Shown one piece after another: positions 39,557 to 49,887 of a stretch of DNA of 64,000 nt. Under the pieces are notes generated by a model. It did no database searches, was not told the origin of the DNA, and saw only the letters and a list, made by a program, of their open reading frames with translations. The translations under genes were made by a program, and so were the position numbers. Location of the stretch: positions 867,835 to 931,834 of the forward strand of contig OZ244584.1 of the NCBI GenBank assembly GCA_965218115.1, read 5' to 3'. The DNA is from Dehalococcoidia bacterium. Its GTDB lineage: Bacteria > Chloroflexota > Dehalococcoidia > Bin125. The first letter of the stretch is position 1. Every line of letters starts with the position of its first letter.

Positions 39557-40825
39557 TTAGATCACGCCATCCGAAGCGAGTTGGTCGATTTCGTCGTCGG
39601 AGAGGCCCAGCAGGTCGCCGTAGACCTCGTGATTATGTTCACCGAGGTGCGGTGCGCGGCCCCTCACGGCCAGCGGCGTCGCGGAGAGCTTGGCCCACGG
39701 TCCGGGATAGGTGACGCGCTCGTCGATGTCTTCGTGTTCGACCTCGACCCAGTAGTCGCGGGCGGCGAGGTGTTCGTTTTCCAGCAGGTCGGCCGGCGTG
39801 TGGACGATCCCCCAGCCGTTGCGGATCTGCTGCGCCTCCGAGACGAGCTGGGCGCGCGTGAAGCGCTTGCAGAAGCGCACGAGCACGTCGTTGAGATGGT
39901 CGCCGTCGGGGCCGCCGGGTGGCAGCAGCACGCCCTGCGTGGCATCGAGCTTGGCCAGCCATTCCTCGGAAGTGAGATCTTCGGCCATCCCGTGGTGGTC
40001 AAGCCACTCAACCGTCTGGCGGGCGGTCAGGCCGAACAGCCCGCCGTAGGAGAGCGCGGCGACGTGCCCGTCGGCGGCTTCGTAGACGTACTGCCCGCTC
40101 TGGTAGCCGCCGATATTGCGTCCGTTGCCGGGCCGCCCGATGTTGATCCCCCGGATGTCCCAGGTCGGCATCGCATTGTCGTGCGTAAACGTGACGGCCT
40201 CCTGCATCGACTGGTCGACGCGCTGGCCGCGGCCCGTGCGCGTGCGGTGGAAGTGCGCGATCATCGTGCCGACCACGGCCTGCGCACAAGCCTGCGTGTA
40301 GCCCTGCGCGGCCGAGGGCCGGATCGGCGGCCGGCCGGGCGAGCCGCACAGCGAGGCGAGGCCGCCCATCGCGACGCCGATCAGGTCGGTGGCTCGCCAG
40401 TCGGCGTATGGCCCGTCCTGTCCGAACGGCGTGATCGAGGTCATCACCAGGCGCGGGTTGCGCTCGTGAATCAGATCCCAGCCGAGACCGACGGATTCCA
40501 TCGCGCCGGGCGGAGTCGATTCGACGATGAAATCGGATCGATCGACGAGCTGCAGGAAGAGTTCGGCGCCGTGCGGTTTGCTGAGGTCGATCGTGATGCT
40601 GCGCTTGGAGTGATTGAGGGTCCACCAGAGCAACGACCGTTCGGGGTGCGGCTCGTCGTGGTAGAACGGCGGCGCGAGCCGCGCGCCGCCGGCGTACGGC
40701 GGCTCCAGCTTGATCACATCCGCGCCGAGCTCGGCGAGCATCCGTCCGGCCAGGTGGCCGAGTTCGTCAGTCAGGTCGAGGACGCGGAAGGGCGCGAGCG
40801 GTCCGCGGGCGGCTGCGATGGGCAT
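39557..40825 (-). CDS. CoA-transferase family III (CaiB/BaiF-like)
   Basis: FRVLDLTDELGHLAGRMLAELGADVIKLEPP. Start trimmed to ATG 40825 with gagggga RBS. Confidence 0.8.
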   Translation of the reverse strand: MPIAAARGPLAPFRVLDLTDELGHLAGRMLAELGADVIKLEPPYAGGARLAPPFYHDEPHPERSLLWWTLNHSKRSITIDLSKPHGAELFLQLVDRSDFIVESTPPGAMESVGLGWDLIHERNPRLVMTSITPFGQDGPYADWRATDLIGVAMGGLASLCGSPGRPPIRPSAAQGYTQACAQAVVGTMIAHFHRTRTGRGQRVDQSMQEAVTFTHDNAMPTWDIRGINIGRPGNGRNIGGYQSGQYVYEAADGHVAALSYGGLFGLTARQTVEWLDHHGMAEDLTSEEWLAKLDATQGVLLPPGGPDGDHLNDVLVRFCKRFTRAQLVSEAQQIRNGWGIVHTPADLLENEHLAARDYWVEVEHEDIDERVTYPGPWAKLSATPLAVRGRAPHLGEHNHEVYGDLLGLSDDEIDQLASDGVI

Positions 40826-40894
40826 GGCCAATCCCCTCGTTTGCGGGCGCATGCTACTGGAGGCCCAATGGCGCAAGGCCGATAGCTTCGGGGT

Positions 40895-41869
40895 ATGCGA
40901 CGTTTCGCGGCGCAGACGATCGATGCGGTCTTCTTCCGCTGGCAGGTGCACGCGGCGCAGCTGCGTCGGCGCACGACCTGGCCGCTGCCCGAAGACATCG
41001 ACCGGCTGCGGACGCGATCGTGGCGCGTTCCCTGGATGGGCGACCCGGGGCCGCCGGACGTGTCGCTGCTGGAGGTGGAGGACGTCCGGCGGTTCGAGTT
41101 CGCGTCATCGGAGCCGTTCGCGCAGCGCCATGACCAGGTCGCGGGCGGGCGGCTCTATGAGCCGCAGGGGACGCCGCGCGGCGCGGTCGTGCTGGTGCCC
41201 GGCGCGCTGACCGGCGCGCCATGGAACGGCGCCGAGCGGCTCTACCCCCGCGTGGCGGAGGCGTTCACGGCTCTGGGGCTGGTCGCGGCCCGGATCGAGC
41301 TGCCGCTGCACGAGAGTCGCGCCCCGGCGGGCGAGATCTCGGGCCACGAGATGTTTCAGGGCGACCTGTTCACCTACGTGCGTGCGGTGGCGCAGGCGGT
41401 GCGCGATGTGCGCTCGCTGGCGGTCTGGCTGCGCAACGAGTACGGATCGGTCGGCGTCTGGGGCCTGAGCATCGGCGCACTGATCGCGGCGCTGGCGGCC
41501 GAGCGCGACGCGCGGCTGGCATGGGCGGTACTGGCGCAGCCCACGATCCGCGCGGGCTCGGCGTGGGGATCGCCGATAACAGCGCCGATGCGCGAGCACA
41601 TGCAGGCGAGCGGCGTGACGCGCGAGGAGGTGGAGATGGTCCTGCACGGCCTCGCGCCCGTCGGCCCGCCGGCGCTCGGCGCATCGCGCGTGTTGCTACA
41701 GGGCGGCCGCTGGGATCGTCTCGCGACCGCGGAGAGTCTGGCCGAGCTCGGACGCCGCTGGCCAGGCGCCGAAGTAAGGCTCTATGACGGCGGCCACATC
41801 TCGATGGCGATCAGGAATCAGTGGTTAGAGGACGGCTCCGAGTTCATCGCCCGCTTGCCCGGAGCGTAG
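40895..41869 (+). CDS. alpha/beta hydrolase-fold protein
   Basis: GLSIGA nucleophile elbow and overall pattern; start uncertain. Confidence 0.55.
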   Translation: MRRFAAQTIDAVFFRWQVHAAQLRRRTTWPLPEDIDRLRTRSWRVPWMGDPGPPDVSLLEVEDVRRFEFASSEPFAQRHDQVAGGRLYEPQGTPRGAVVLVPGALTGAPWNGAERLYPRVAEAFTALGLVAARIELPLHESRAPAGEISGHEMFQGDLFTYVRAVAQAVRDVRSLAVWLRNEYGSVGVWGLSIGALIAALAAERDARLAWAVLAQPTIRAGSAWGSPITAPMREHMQASGVTREEVEMVLHGLAPVGPPALGASRVLLQGGRWDRLATAESLAELGRRWPGAEVRLYDGGHISMAIRNQWLEDGSEFIARLPGA

Positions 41870-41894
41870 GCGCGCCTAGGGACGCTCCAAGACA

Positions 41895-42548
41895 CTCTCC
41901 CCGCTCCGCGGGGGGGTCGGAAATCGCTCCCCCCGAGGGGGAGCTGTCGCGCAGCGACTGAGGGGGAGGCCCGCGCTGACCTCCGCTGACCGCGCCCCTC
42001 TCCCCCCGCAAAGCGGGGGGAGATGTCACGAAGTGACAGAGGGGGGCCCGCCCCGGACCAAATACGCCACGCCGCTGCGTCCGGTCTGCAGACCCCGTCC
42101 GTCACACCCGCCCCTTCCGTCATTCCTGCGCAGGCAGGAATCCATGCGACCGCCCAACCGTGCGACGAGCCTCCAACCGCCCGACGGACCACCAGAGCCC
42201 CAGCGCACCGCGCGTGACCGAACGCCGTCGAACATTGGGAGTGCCCTTGACCCCCACAGACCGCATGGATTCCTGCCTGCGCAGGAATGACGGAGGCGGC
42301 GCAAAAGTGACGCGGGGATCGGTCTGCCGCACCCCGGTTCGACTCAGCCACCAACGGCTCCCGATCCAGCGCGAACATACAAAGGGGGGCCCGCCCGCGC
42401 CGCACCAGATACGCCACGCCGCTGCGTCGGCGCTGCAGACCCCCTCCTCTGCCTCCGGCATCTCCCCCCGCAGGAGACCTGCGGGTGATCCTACGAATCC
42501 CCTCTCCCCCCGCAAAGCGGGGGGAGATGTCACGGAGTGACAGAGGGG
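41895..42548. repeat. composite repeat cluster (modules B, C, MITE-like element A at ~42105-42295, G, E, C)
   Basis: Convergent junction between the hydrolase (+) and hflX (-). Confidence 0.85.
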
Positions 42549-42554
42549 GGCCGC

Positions 42555-43751
42555 CTAGCTGGACGCCCCGTTGAGCACCCGCCCATGAACGACCTGGATG
42601 CTGGGCAGAGTCGGGATGATCTGCGAGATCGAGGCTCTCAAGCCATCGAGATTTTCGCCGGTTTCAGCGGACACCGGGATACCCACGCCGGTGGTGGGAG
42701 CCGCGCCCTCAAGTAGGTCGATCTTGTTGAGCACGGTGATCGTCGGTCTCGTGTCGACACCGAGCTCGGCGAGCGTGGCATGGACCGCCTCGGCCTGTTC
42801 GACGGCGTCCGGGTGGGTGGCGTCAACGACGTGCAGCAGCAGGTCGGCCTCGAGCAGCTCTTCGAGCGTCGCGCGGAATGCGGCCACGAGCTGGGTCGGC
42901 AGCTTCTGGATGAAACCCACGGTGTCGGACAGCAGCACCGTGTGGACATCGTCGAGCCGGCAGCGCCGCGTGGTCGGGTCGAGCGTTTCGAAGAGTCGGT
43001 TCCGAGCGGGAACCTTGGCCGCAGTCAGCGCGTTCATCAGCGTGCTCTTGCCGGCGTTCGTGTAGCCGACCAGGGCGACGAGCGGAATCCCCGCGCGGTC
43101 GCGCTGCTGGCGCTGCTCGTGGCGATGCGTGCGGACACGCTCGAGGTCCCTCTTGAGCCGCTTGATCTGATTGCGGATCAGCCGCCGGTCGGTTTCCAGC
43201 TGGGTCTCGCCCGGACCGCGCGAGCCGATCGCGCCCTCCATGCGCTCGAGGTGCTCCCACTGGCCGGCCAGCCGCGGCAGCAGGTATTCGTGCTGCGCGA
43301 GCGCGACCTGGACCGCGCCTTCGCGGGTTCTCGCGCGCTGGGCGAAGATGTCGAGAATCAGCGCGGTGCGGTCGATGATCTTGCAGTCGAGGCGCTTTTC
43401 GAGGTTGCGCTGCTGCGAGGGCGTGAGCTCGTCATCGCAGATCACGACGGTGGCCCGGAGGTCGTCGCGCATGGCCGCGATCTCGTCCAGCTTGCCCTTG
43501 CCGATCCAGGAGCGCGGGTCGGGCTGCGGGCGTCGTTGGATCACGCGGGCAAGCGGCACCGCGCCGGCGGTCTCGGCAAGCTGCGCGAGCTCGTCGACCG
43601 AGGCTTCAGCGTTCCAGTGGTTGGCGCGGCGGGAATCGACGCAGAGCAGGATCGCGCGTTCGCGCGGCGGGCGGGTCGGGTGATGGTTGCGGCGTCCGCC
43701 GCGGTTGCGAATGCGTGGAATTGCAGTCTCCGTCGCTACGCCCGCCCGCAT
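42555..43751 (-). CDS. hflX: GTPase HflX
   Basis: G1 GYTNAGKST, DTVGF, NKID motifs and an HflX N-terminal domain. Confidence 0.85.
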   Translation of the reverse strand: MRAGVATETAIPRIRNRGGRRNHHPTRPPRERAILLCVDSRRANHWNAEASVDELAQLAETAGAVPLARVIQRRPQPDPRSWIGKGKLDEIAAMRDDLRATVVICDDELTPSQQRNLEKRLDCKIIDRTALILDIFAQRARTREGAVQVALAQHEYLLPRLAGQWEHLERMEGAIGSRGPGETQLETDRRLIRNQIKRLKRDLERVRTHRHEQRQQRDRAGIPLVALVGYTNAGKSTLMNALTAAKVPARNRLFETLDPTTRRCRLDDVHTVLLSDTVGFIQKLPTQLVAAFRATLEELLEADLLLHVVDATHPDAVEQAEAVHATLAELGVDTRPTITVLNKIDLLEGAAPTTGVGIPVSAETGENLDGLRASISQIIPTLPSIQVVHGRVLNGASS

Positions 43752-43927
43752 CGGAGCACGCAGCCGGGCGCGATTCAGTCTAGCCAGTGGGGCGTGACGG
43801 AAACTAAATGCGCATGTCCCAGCTCAACTCCTTCGGCAGAGGCGCAGCGGTGCGTCCAGATTCGGCTACCCAGTGTAGCCGCACCCGCGACGGATCTGCC
43901 GGGGAGCCTACCGGGCCTACCGGCGCG

Positions 43928-45091
43928 TTAGTCCCGGGTGAACGCCGCGATGCGCTCGACGCCCTCGTCGACCTCCGCGTCCGGCAGCGTCAGCGACAGC
44001 CGGATGTAACCCTCACCCGAGGGTCCGTAGCCGTTGCCCGGGGTGACGACCACGCCTTGCTCTTCAATCAAGCGGCTGGCGAAGCCCGCGGAGCTGTCGC
44101 CCTCGGGAATTCTGGCCCAGATGTACAGCGATGCCTTCGGGTTGGTCACTTCCAGACCAATCGCGCGGAGCGCCGCCACGACCTTGTCGCGACGCCGCTC
44201 GATGATCGCGTTGTTCGCCTCGATCACCGACTGATCGCCGAGCAGCGCCGCGATCGCCATCTGCTGGATCGCCTGCGGGATGCCGCTGTCGATGTTCGAC
44301 TTGACGCGCAGCAGAGCGTCAACCATCTCCGCGTTGCCGCAGGCCCAGCCGACCCGCCAGCCGGTCATGTTGAAGGACTTCGAGAGCGAGAAGTACTCCA
44401 TCCCGGCCTCCCGGGCGCCGGCTGCCTGCAGGTAGGCGGGCGCGTCGTAGCCGTCGAACGTGACATCGCAGTAGGCGTTGTCGTGCAGCACGGCGATATC
44501 GTTGTCCAGGCCGAACCGCGCGGCGCGCTCGAAGAAGTCGATCTCGGCGGTCGCGCCGGTGGGGTTGTTGGGATAGTTGATCCAGAGCACCCGCGCCTGC
44601 TCCCGAACGTCGGCCGGGATCGCATCGAGGTCGGGCAGCCAGTCGTTCTCGGCCGTCAACGCGAGCTGGTGCGCCTTGCCCCCGGCGAACATCGTGCCGA
44701 TCGCGTAGACGGGGTAGGCCGGATCCGGGACGAGCGCGATGTCGCCGGGGTCGATGAAGCAGAGCGCGGTGTTGGCGATGCCCTCTTTCGCGCCGATCAG
44801 CGGCACAATCTCGTTGGCCGGATCGAGCGCGACCTCGAAGCGCTGCTGCATCCAGGTCGCGATCGCCTGGCGCAGCTCGGGCAGGCCCTCGGTCTCGGGG
44901 TAGCGATGGTTGGCGGCCACGTCGATGTGGTCGTGCAGCGCTTCGAGGATGTGCGGATGCGTCGGCAGGTCGGGGTCGCCGATCCCGAACGAGATGACGC
45001 GCACCCCCTTCTCACGCTGCTCGGCGATCCGGCGGCTGATTTCGACAAAGAGGTAGGGGGGCAGTGACTGGACGCGTTGCGCGCTGCGCAT
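43928..45091 (-). CDS. dapL: class I/II aminotransferase, LL-diaminopimelate aminotransferase-like
   Basis: LPPYLF N-terminus, PLP-lysine region (SLSKSFNMTGWRVG); same gene run as dapF. Confidence 0.65.
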   Translation of the reverse strand: MRSAQRVQSLPPYLFVEISRRIAEQREKGVRVISFGIGDPDLPTHPHILEALHDHIDVAANHRYPETEGLPELRQAIATWMQQRFEVALDPANEIVPLIGAKEGIANTALCFIDPGDIALVPDPAYPVYAIGTMFAGGKAHQLALTAENDWLPDLDAIPADVREQARVLWINYPNNPTGATAEIDFFERAARFGLDNDIAVLHDNAYCDVTFDGYDAPAYLQAAGAREAGMEYFSLSKSFNMTGWRVGWACGNAEMVDALLRVKSNIDSGIPQAIQQMAIAALLGDQSVIEANNAIIERRRDKVVAALRAIGLEVTNPKASLYIWARIPEGDSSAGFASRLIEEQGVVVTPGNGYGPSGEGYIRLSLTLPDAEVDEGVERIAAFTRD

Positions 45092-45092
45092 C

Positions 45093-46025
45093 CTAGAAGC
45101 GTCCCCAGATCTTGCCGACCTTCACCCGCGTGACCACCTGTTCGTCCCGCTGGCGCTGAATCACGGCGGGATCGGCGGGCCGCTGGTAAAAGAGCTCGTT
45201 GGTGACGTGGCGGAAGCCGAAGGCGCTGAGCATCGGGTCGCCGACCGCGTCGCCGGCGACGCGCAGCGTCAGCCCGCGGCGGTTCTGTTCCGCGCCCCAC
45301 GACATCGCGGCCGCGAGCAGCGCACCGGAGATCTCCGAGAATGGCTGGTCGGCGCCGATCACCAGCTCTTCGGCGGCGAGGCCGCGCTTTTCCGCCTCGG
45401 AGAGGTGGATGTAGCCGGCCGGCTGGCCATCCAGCTCGGCGATCCCGACCCACGCCGCGCTGCCGAAGAACTCGGGGCTGAGCGGCGGCGCGTGAGCGGC
45501 CTCGCCGGCCGCGCTCTGCTCCAGCTCGGCGATGATCGCGGCGTCGTCCTCGCTCGCCTGACGGACGCTCACGTCCGCGTTGGTCTCGGGCAGCGACTGC
45601 TCGCGGACGTCGCGGCAGCGCATCACCGAGACCTCATCAGGGCTGGGGAAGGCTGCCCCGATCAGCATCGGCTCGACGTAGTGCCGGTGCGGGAAGTCGT
45701 TGTAGTCCAGCGTCATCAGCTCGCACTCGGAGTGCTGCAGCGCGAGCTCGCCGATGTCGTTGAGCAGGTTGGTCAGATGCAGCCGGATGTGGTTGATCGT
45801 GTCGAACTCGTAGAAGAGCCGCAGGTGGCGGCCGTAGGGCAGGCCGATCACGTAGCCGTCGTCGCACTGGACGGAGAGCAGACGGGTCGCTTTGACCAGC
45901 TGGCCGTAGTCGCGCAGCGGTTGGTTGCGGAAGGTGATCTGCCCGGTGGTGAGGTTCTCATGCAGCTCCCGGATGAGTCCCGGGGTGCGGTCCTGGTCGT
46001 ATGCGGTGTAGTCAGGCGTAACCAT
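45093..46025 (-). CDS. hypothetical protein with GNAT-like C-terminal half
   Basis: C-terminal pattern weakly resembles acetyltransferase folds. Overlaps the dapL start by ~1 nt. Confidence 0.35.
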   Translation of the reverse strand: MVTPDYTAYDQDRTPGLIRELHENLTTGQITFRNQPLRDYGQLVKATRLLSVQCDDGYVIGLPYGRHLRLFYEFDTINHIRLHLTNLLNDIGELALQHSECELMTLDYNDFPHRHYVEPMLIGAAFPSPDEVSVMRCRDVREQSLPETNADVSVRQASEDDAAIIAELEQSAAGEAAHAPPLSPEFFGSAAWVGIAELDGQPAGYIHLSEAEKRGLAAEELVIGADQPFSEISGALLAAAMSWGAEQNRRGLTLRVAGDAVGDPMLSAFGFRHVTNELFYQRPADPAVIQRQRDEQVVTRVKVGKIWGRF

Positions 46026-46034
46026 TCGGCATCC

Positions 46035-46931
46035 TCATGATCCAGTCGTTCGTATCCAGTTGCTCGGAATCGCGCCTTCAAAGGCGAACTCGGCGGGTCC
46101 GGTCATTTCGACCGATGCGGTCGGGTCGTCAGGACCGTCCCAGGCGATCTGAAGGTCGCCGCCGGGCAACGACACGGTCGCGCTGCGACCGGCGAAGCCG
46201 CGCAGCTGCGCCGCGACGAGCACGGCGCAGGCGCCCGTGCCGCAGGCCATCGTCTCGCCGACGCCGCGCTCCCAGACGCGCATCTTGAGCCGGTCGGCGG
46301 CAAGCACGTTGACGATCTCGAAGTTGGTGCGGTTGGGGAAGTCGGGGTGACGCCCGACGAGCGGGCCGATCTCGTTGAGCCGGACCGTATCGATGTCCTC
46401 GTCGGTGAACCAGACGGCGTGCGGGTTGCCCATGCCGACGCAGGTCAAAGAAAAGCTCTGGTCGGCCACGCGCAACTCGTGGTGCAGCACCGGTCCGGGG
46501 CCCGCCGCGCGGACCGGGATCTCGTCCGGGTGCAGATACGCGGGGCCGATCGCCACGCGCACCTCGTCGATCGTGGCGGCCGCGTCGCCGAGCTCTGCAT
46601 GGAGGACGCCGGCGCCAGTCTCGATCGCGAGCCGACCATCGGTGGGTGCGATCCCCGCGCGCTCGACGAGGTACTTGGTGAAGCAGCGAAAGCCGTTGCC
46701 GCACATCTGGCCGTCCGAGCCGTCGGCATTGACGATCGTCATCCGCGCCGCGGCGGCCTCGGTGTCCTCGACCAGCAGGATGCCGTCCGCGCCGATCCCG
46801 AAGTGCCGGTCGCAGATTCGCGGGGCCGCGGCCGCCCAGTCGAGTCGCAGGCGCTCGGCGAGCGGGCCGCGCGCGTCGACCAGCACGAAGTCATTGCCTG
46901 CGCCCTGGACTTTGAGAAATGGAATCGACAT
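46035..46931 (-). CDS. dapF: diaminopimelate epimerase
   Basis: FLKVQGAGNDFVLVD start and a second catalytic Cys region (ACGTGACA). Confidence 0.85.
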   Translation of the reverse strand: MSIPFLKVQGAGNDFVLVDARGPLAERLRLDWAAAAPRICDRHFGIGADGILLVEDTEAAAARMTIVNADGSDGQMCGNGFRCFTKYLVERAGIAPTDGRLAIETGAGVLHAELGDAAATIDEVRVAIGPAYLHPDEIPVRAAGPGPVLHHELRVADQSFSLTCVGMGNPHAVWFTDEDIDTVRLNEIGPLVGRHPDFPNRTNFEIVNVLAADRLKMRVWERGVGETMACGTGACAVLVAAQLRGFAGRSATVSLPGGDLQIAWDGPDDPTASVEMTGPAEFAFEGAIPSNWIRTTGS

Positions 46932-46978
46932 GTGTGATCGCTCAGTGTCCGCGGCGAGCGGCACGCGGTGAACTCATC

Positions 46979-47980
46979 TTACCCAAGCGACTGGATTTGC
47001 GCGTTGACCTCCTGTGCTGTGGGTGGCTCGGGCGACCAACGGATGCGCGGATCGGTGACGCGGAACCAGGCGTGTTGCCGGCGGCTGAACCGTTTCGTGG
47101 CGCTCGCGACCGCGACGATCGCGTCAAGCAGCGAGAGTTCGCCGCGGATCTGCGCGAGCACCTCGCGGTAGCCGATCGCGTCGAAGCCGGGCGCGTCGTG
47201 GGGCACGCCGTCCGCGAGCAGGCTGAGCACTTCGTCACGCAAGCCGGCGCCAAACATGGCGACCGTGCGCTCGTTGATCCGCCGGTCGAGCGCCTGCCGT
47301 TCATGGGCGGGGGCGATCGCCGCGAAGCGGATCGGCTGGCGCTCGCGCTGCCAATCGGAGATCCGCCGGCCGGTCGCCTCGTAGACCTCGAGCGCGCGGA
47401 TGATCCGCCGGACGTTGTGGTGGTCGATCTTGGCCGCGGCCTGCGGGTCGATCCGGCTGAGCTCCTGATGCAGCGCGTCGGCCCCGCGTGCTTCGGCCTC
47501 GAGCGTCATGTGCTCGCGGAAAGCCTGGTCGGGCGGGGCCGGCGGAACCTGCCAGCCTTCAAGCAGCGCCCAGACATATTGGCCGGAGCCGCCGACCACG
47601 ACCGGGAGGCGACCGCGGGCCTGAATGTCGGCGATCGCGGCGCGTGCATGCGCCAGGTATTCGGCGAGTGAGATCGGCTCAGTAGGATCGCGCAGATCAA
47701 GGCAGTGATGCGGGACGCGTTCGCGGTCGGCATCGGTCGGTTTGGCCGCGCCGATGTTCAGGCGGCGGTAGAGCTGACGCGAGTCGGCGCTGACGATCTC
47801 ACCGTCGAGCTGCTCGGCGAGCTGCAGCGCCCAGCCCGACTTGCCGGACGCGGTCGGTCCCACGACGGCAAGGACGGCCAACTGGTCAGCCGGCTGGTCA
47901 GGCGCCGGCGATGCGCCGGCTGATTTCGAGGAAGGCATGGGGGTCGAGCGCGGCCCCGCCGACGAGCGCGCCATCGACAT
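46979..47980 (-). CDS. miaA: tRNA dimethylallyltransferase
   Basis: P-loop GPTASGKS and SADSRQLYRRLNIGAAKPT. The true start is probably downstream of the ORF-track start, since it overlaps the tpiA 3' end. Confidence 0.8.
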   Translation of the reverse strand: MSMARSSAGPRSTPMPSSKSAGASPAPDQPADQLAVLAVVGPTASGKSGWALQLAEQLDGEIVSADSRQLYRRLNIGAAKPTDADRERVPHHCLDLRDPTEPISLAEYLAHARAAIADIQARGRLPVVVGGSGQYVWALLEGWQVPPAPPDQAFREHMTLEAEARGADALHQELSRIDPQAAAKIDHHNVRRIIRALEVYEATGRRISDWQRERQPIRFAAIAPAHERQALDRRINERTVAMFGAGLRDEVLSLLADGVPHDAPGFDAIGYREVLAQIRGELSLLDAIVAVASATKRFSRRQHAWFRVTDPRIRWSPEPPTAQEVNAQIQSLG

Positions 47981-48656
47981 CGTCCTCGCGGACGAAGTCG
48001 GCGACGTTGTCGGGCTTCACCGAGCCACCGTAGAGGACGCGTGTCTGAGCGGCGATCTCCTCACCGAGCACCTGCTCGAGCAACGCGCGAATGTGGCCGG
48101 CGGCCTCCTGCGCCTGCTCGGGGCTGGCGGGCTGGCCGGCGCCGATCGCCCAGACCGGCTCGTAGGCCACGACGAGTCCCGGCGGCGCGGGGTTGTCACC
48201 GAGCGCGATGCTGATCTGGCGGGTCAGGACCGTGCGGGTGCGCTTGTTCTCGCGCTCCGCCTCGGTTTCGCCAACGCAGAGGATCGGCTTGAGCTTGTGG
48301 CCCGCTGCGGCAACGAGCTTGGCCTGCAGCGCGAGGTCGTCTTCGCAGAAGAACTGCCGCCGCTCGGAGTGGCCGAGAATCACCCAATCGGCGAGCTCGG
48401 CGAGCTGCGCCGGCGAGACCTCGCCGGTGTACGCGCCGCTGGGCTGAGTGTGCATGTTCTGGCCGGCCACGCCGACGCTGCTCGCGCCGAAGGCGTCGGC
48501 CACGATCGCGAGCTGCAGGAACCCGGGGCCGAGCACGACATCAACGCCGTCGATCTGCTCGATCCCGCTGAGACCGTCGCAGAGTTCGCGCGCCTCCGCG
48601 GCGCTGGCGTTCATCTTCCAGTTGCCGGCGCTGACCGGCGTGCGGGTGGGCGTCAT
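47898..48656 (-). CDS. tpiA: triosephosphate isomerase
   Basis: AGNWKMN start, active-site region GHSERR, and YGGS. Confidence 0.9.
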   Translation of the reverse strand: MTPTRTPVSAGNWKMNASAAEARELCDGLSGIEQIDGVDVVLGPGFLQLAIVADAFGASSVGVAGQNMHTQPSGAYTGEVSPAQLAELADWVILGHSERRQFFCEDDLALQAKLVAAAGHKLKPILCVGETEAERENKRTRTVLTRQISIALGDNPAPPGLVVAYEPVWAIGAGQPASPEQAQEAAGHIRALLEQVLGEEIAAQTRVLYGGSVKPDNVADFVREDDVDGALVGGAALDPHAFLEISRRIAGA

Positions 48657-48672
48657 GGCGGGGACTCTCGAT

Positions 48673-49866
48673 TCAGTGGTCGGATTCCGGCAGGGCGCGA
48701 ATCCCGGGCAGCTCGATGCCCTGCAGGAACTCGAGCGCGGCGCCGCCGCCGGTGCTGATGTGGTTCATCTTGCGCGCAACGCGATTGCGCGCCACCGCCG
48801 CGACGGTCTCGCCGCCGCAGATGATCGTGTTCGCTTCGAGCGGGGCGATCGCCTCGGCCATCGCCAGCGTGCCGCCGCTGAAGGCTTCGCGCTCGAACAG
48901 TCCGAGCGGGCCGTTCCACACGATCGTGTCGCAATCCGCCACGGCCTTGCTAAACAGCTGGACGGTCGCCGGCCCCACGTCGAGCACCTGCCAGCGCGGC
49001 GGGACCTCCTCGTCAGCGAAGATCAATGGGCGCGCGCGCGGCGGTTGGTCTGCCCCGCCCGCGATCACCGCGTCGACCGGAAGCAGCAGCTCGCACTTGT
49101 GCTCCGCGGCGCTGACGACGATCCGGCGGGCCTGCTCGGCCATATCCGCCTCGAGCAGGGAGTTTCCGAGCTGCTCGCCCCGCGCATGCAGGAAGGTATT
49201 GGCCATCGCGCCGCCGATGCAGAGCACGCTCGCCTTCTCAACCAGGCTGTCGAGCAGACCGAGCTTGTCCGAGACCTTCGCGCCACCGGTGATCACCGCC
49301 AGGCGCCCCGCCTTGGCGCTGGCGACCGGTGAGAGCACGTCGATTTCGCGCTGCAGCAGCAGGCCCGCCGCGGAGGGCAGGCACTTGGTGATGGCGTCGG
49401 TCGAGGCGTGGGCGCGATGCGCCGCCCCGAAGGCGTCGTTGACGTAGTAGTCCGCGAGCGAGGCGAGCTGGCGAGCGAAGCCGGCGTCGTTGGCCTCCTC
49501 CTCGGGGTGGAAGCGGAGGTTCTGCAACACCATCACCTCACCGGGCACGAGCGCGGTCGCCATCTCGGAGGTGAGTTCGCCAATGCAGTCGGGCGCCATC
49601 TTGACGCTCTGCTGCAGCAGCCGGGCGAGGCGCACGGCCGCGGGCGTGAGATCGAAGCGGGGATCCCGGACGCCGTTGGGGCGGCCGAGGTGCGAGCAGC
49701 AGATCACCGCAGCGCCCGACTTGAGCAGGTAGCGAATCGTGGCGATCGCGGCCGCAATCCGGGTGTCGTCGGTGATCCGGGCGTGGTCGAGCGGGACGTT
49801 GAAATCGACCCGAAGCAGGACGCGCTGACCTGCAAGTGTGAGGTCGCGCACGGAGCGCTTGGTCAT
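48673..49866 (-). CDS. pgk: phosphoglycerate kinase
   Basis: RVDFNVPL start and GGGA...TGGGA hinge motifs. Confidence 0.9.
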   Translation of the reverse strand: MTKRSVRDLTLAGQRVLLRVDFNVPLDHARITDDTRIAAAIATIRYLLKSGAAVICCSHLGRPNGVRDPRFDLTPAAVRLARLLQQSVKMAPDCIGELTSEMATALVPGEVMVLQNLRFHPEEEANDAGFARQLASLADYYVNDAFGAAHRAHASTDAITKCLPSAAGLLLQREIDVLSPVASAKAGRLAVITGGAKVSDKLGLLDSLVEKASVLCIGGAMANTFLHARGEQLGNSLLEADMAEQARRIVVSAAEHKCELLLPVDAVIAGGADQPPRARPLIFADEEVPPRWQVLDVGPATVQLFSKAVADCDTIVWNGPLGLFEREAFSGGTLAMAEAIAPLEANTIICGGETVAAVARNRVARKMNHISTGGGAALEFLQGIELPGIRALPESDH

Positions 49867-49887
49867 GGCTCGGGTCCTTGCGGCGGT

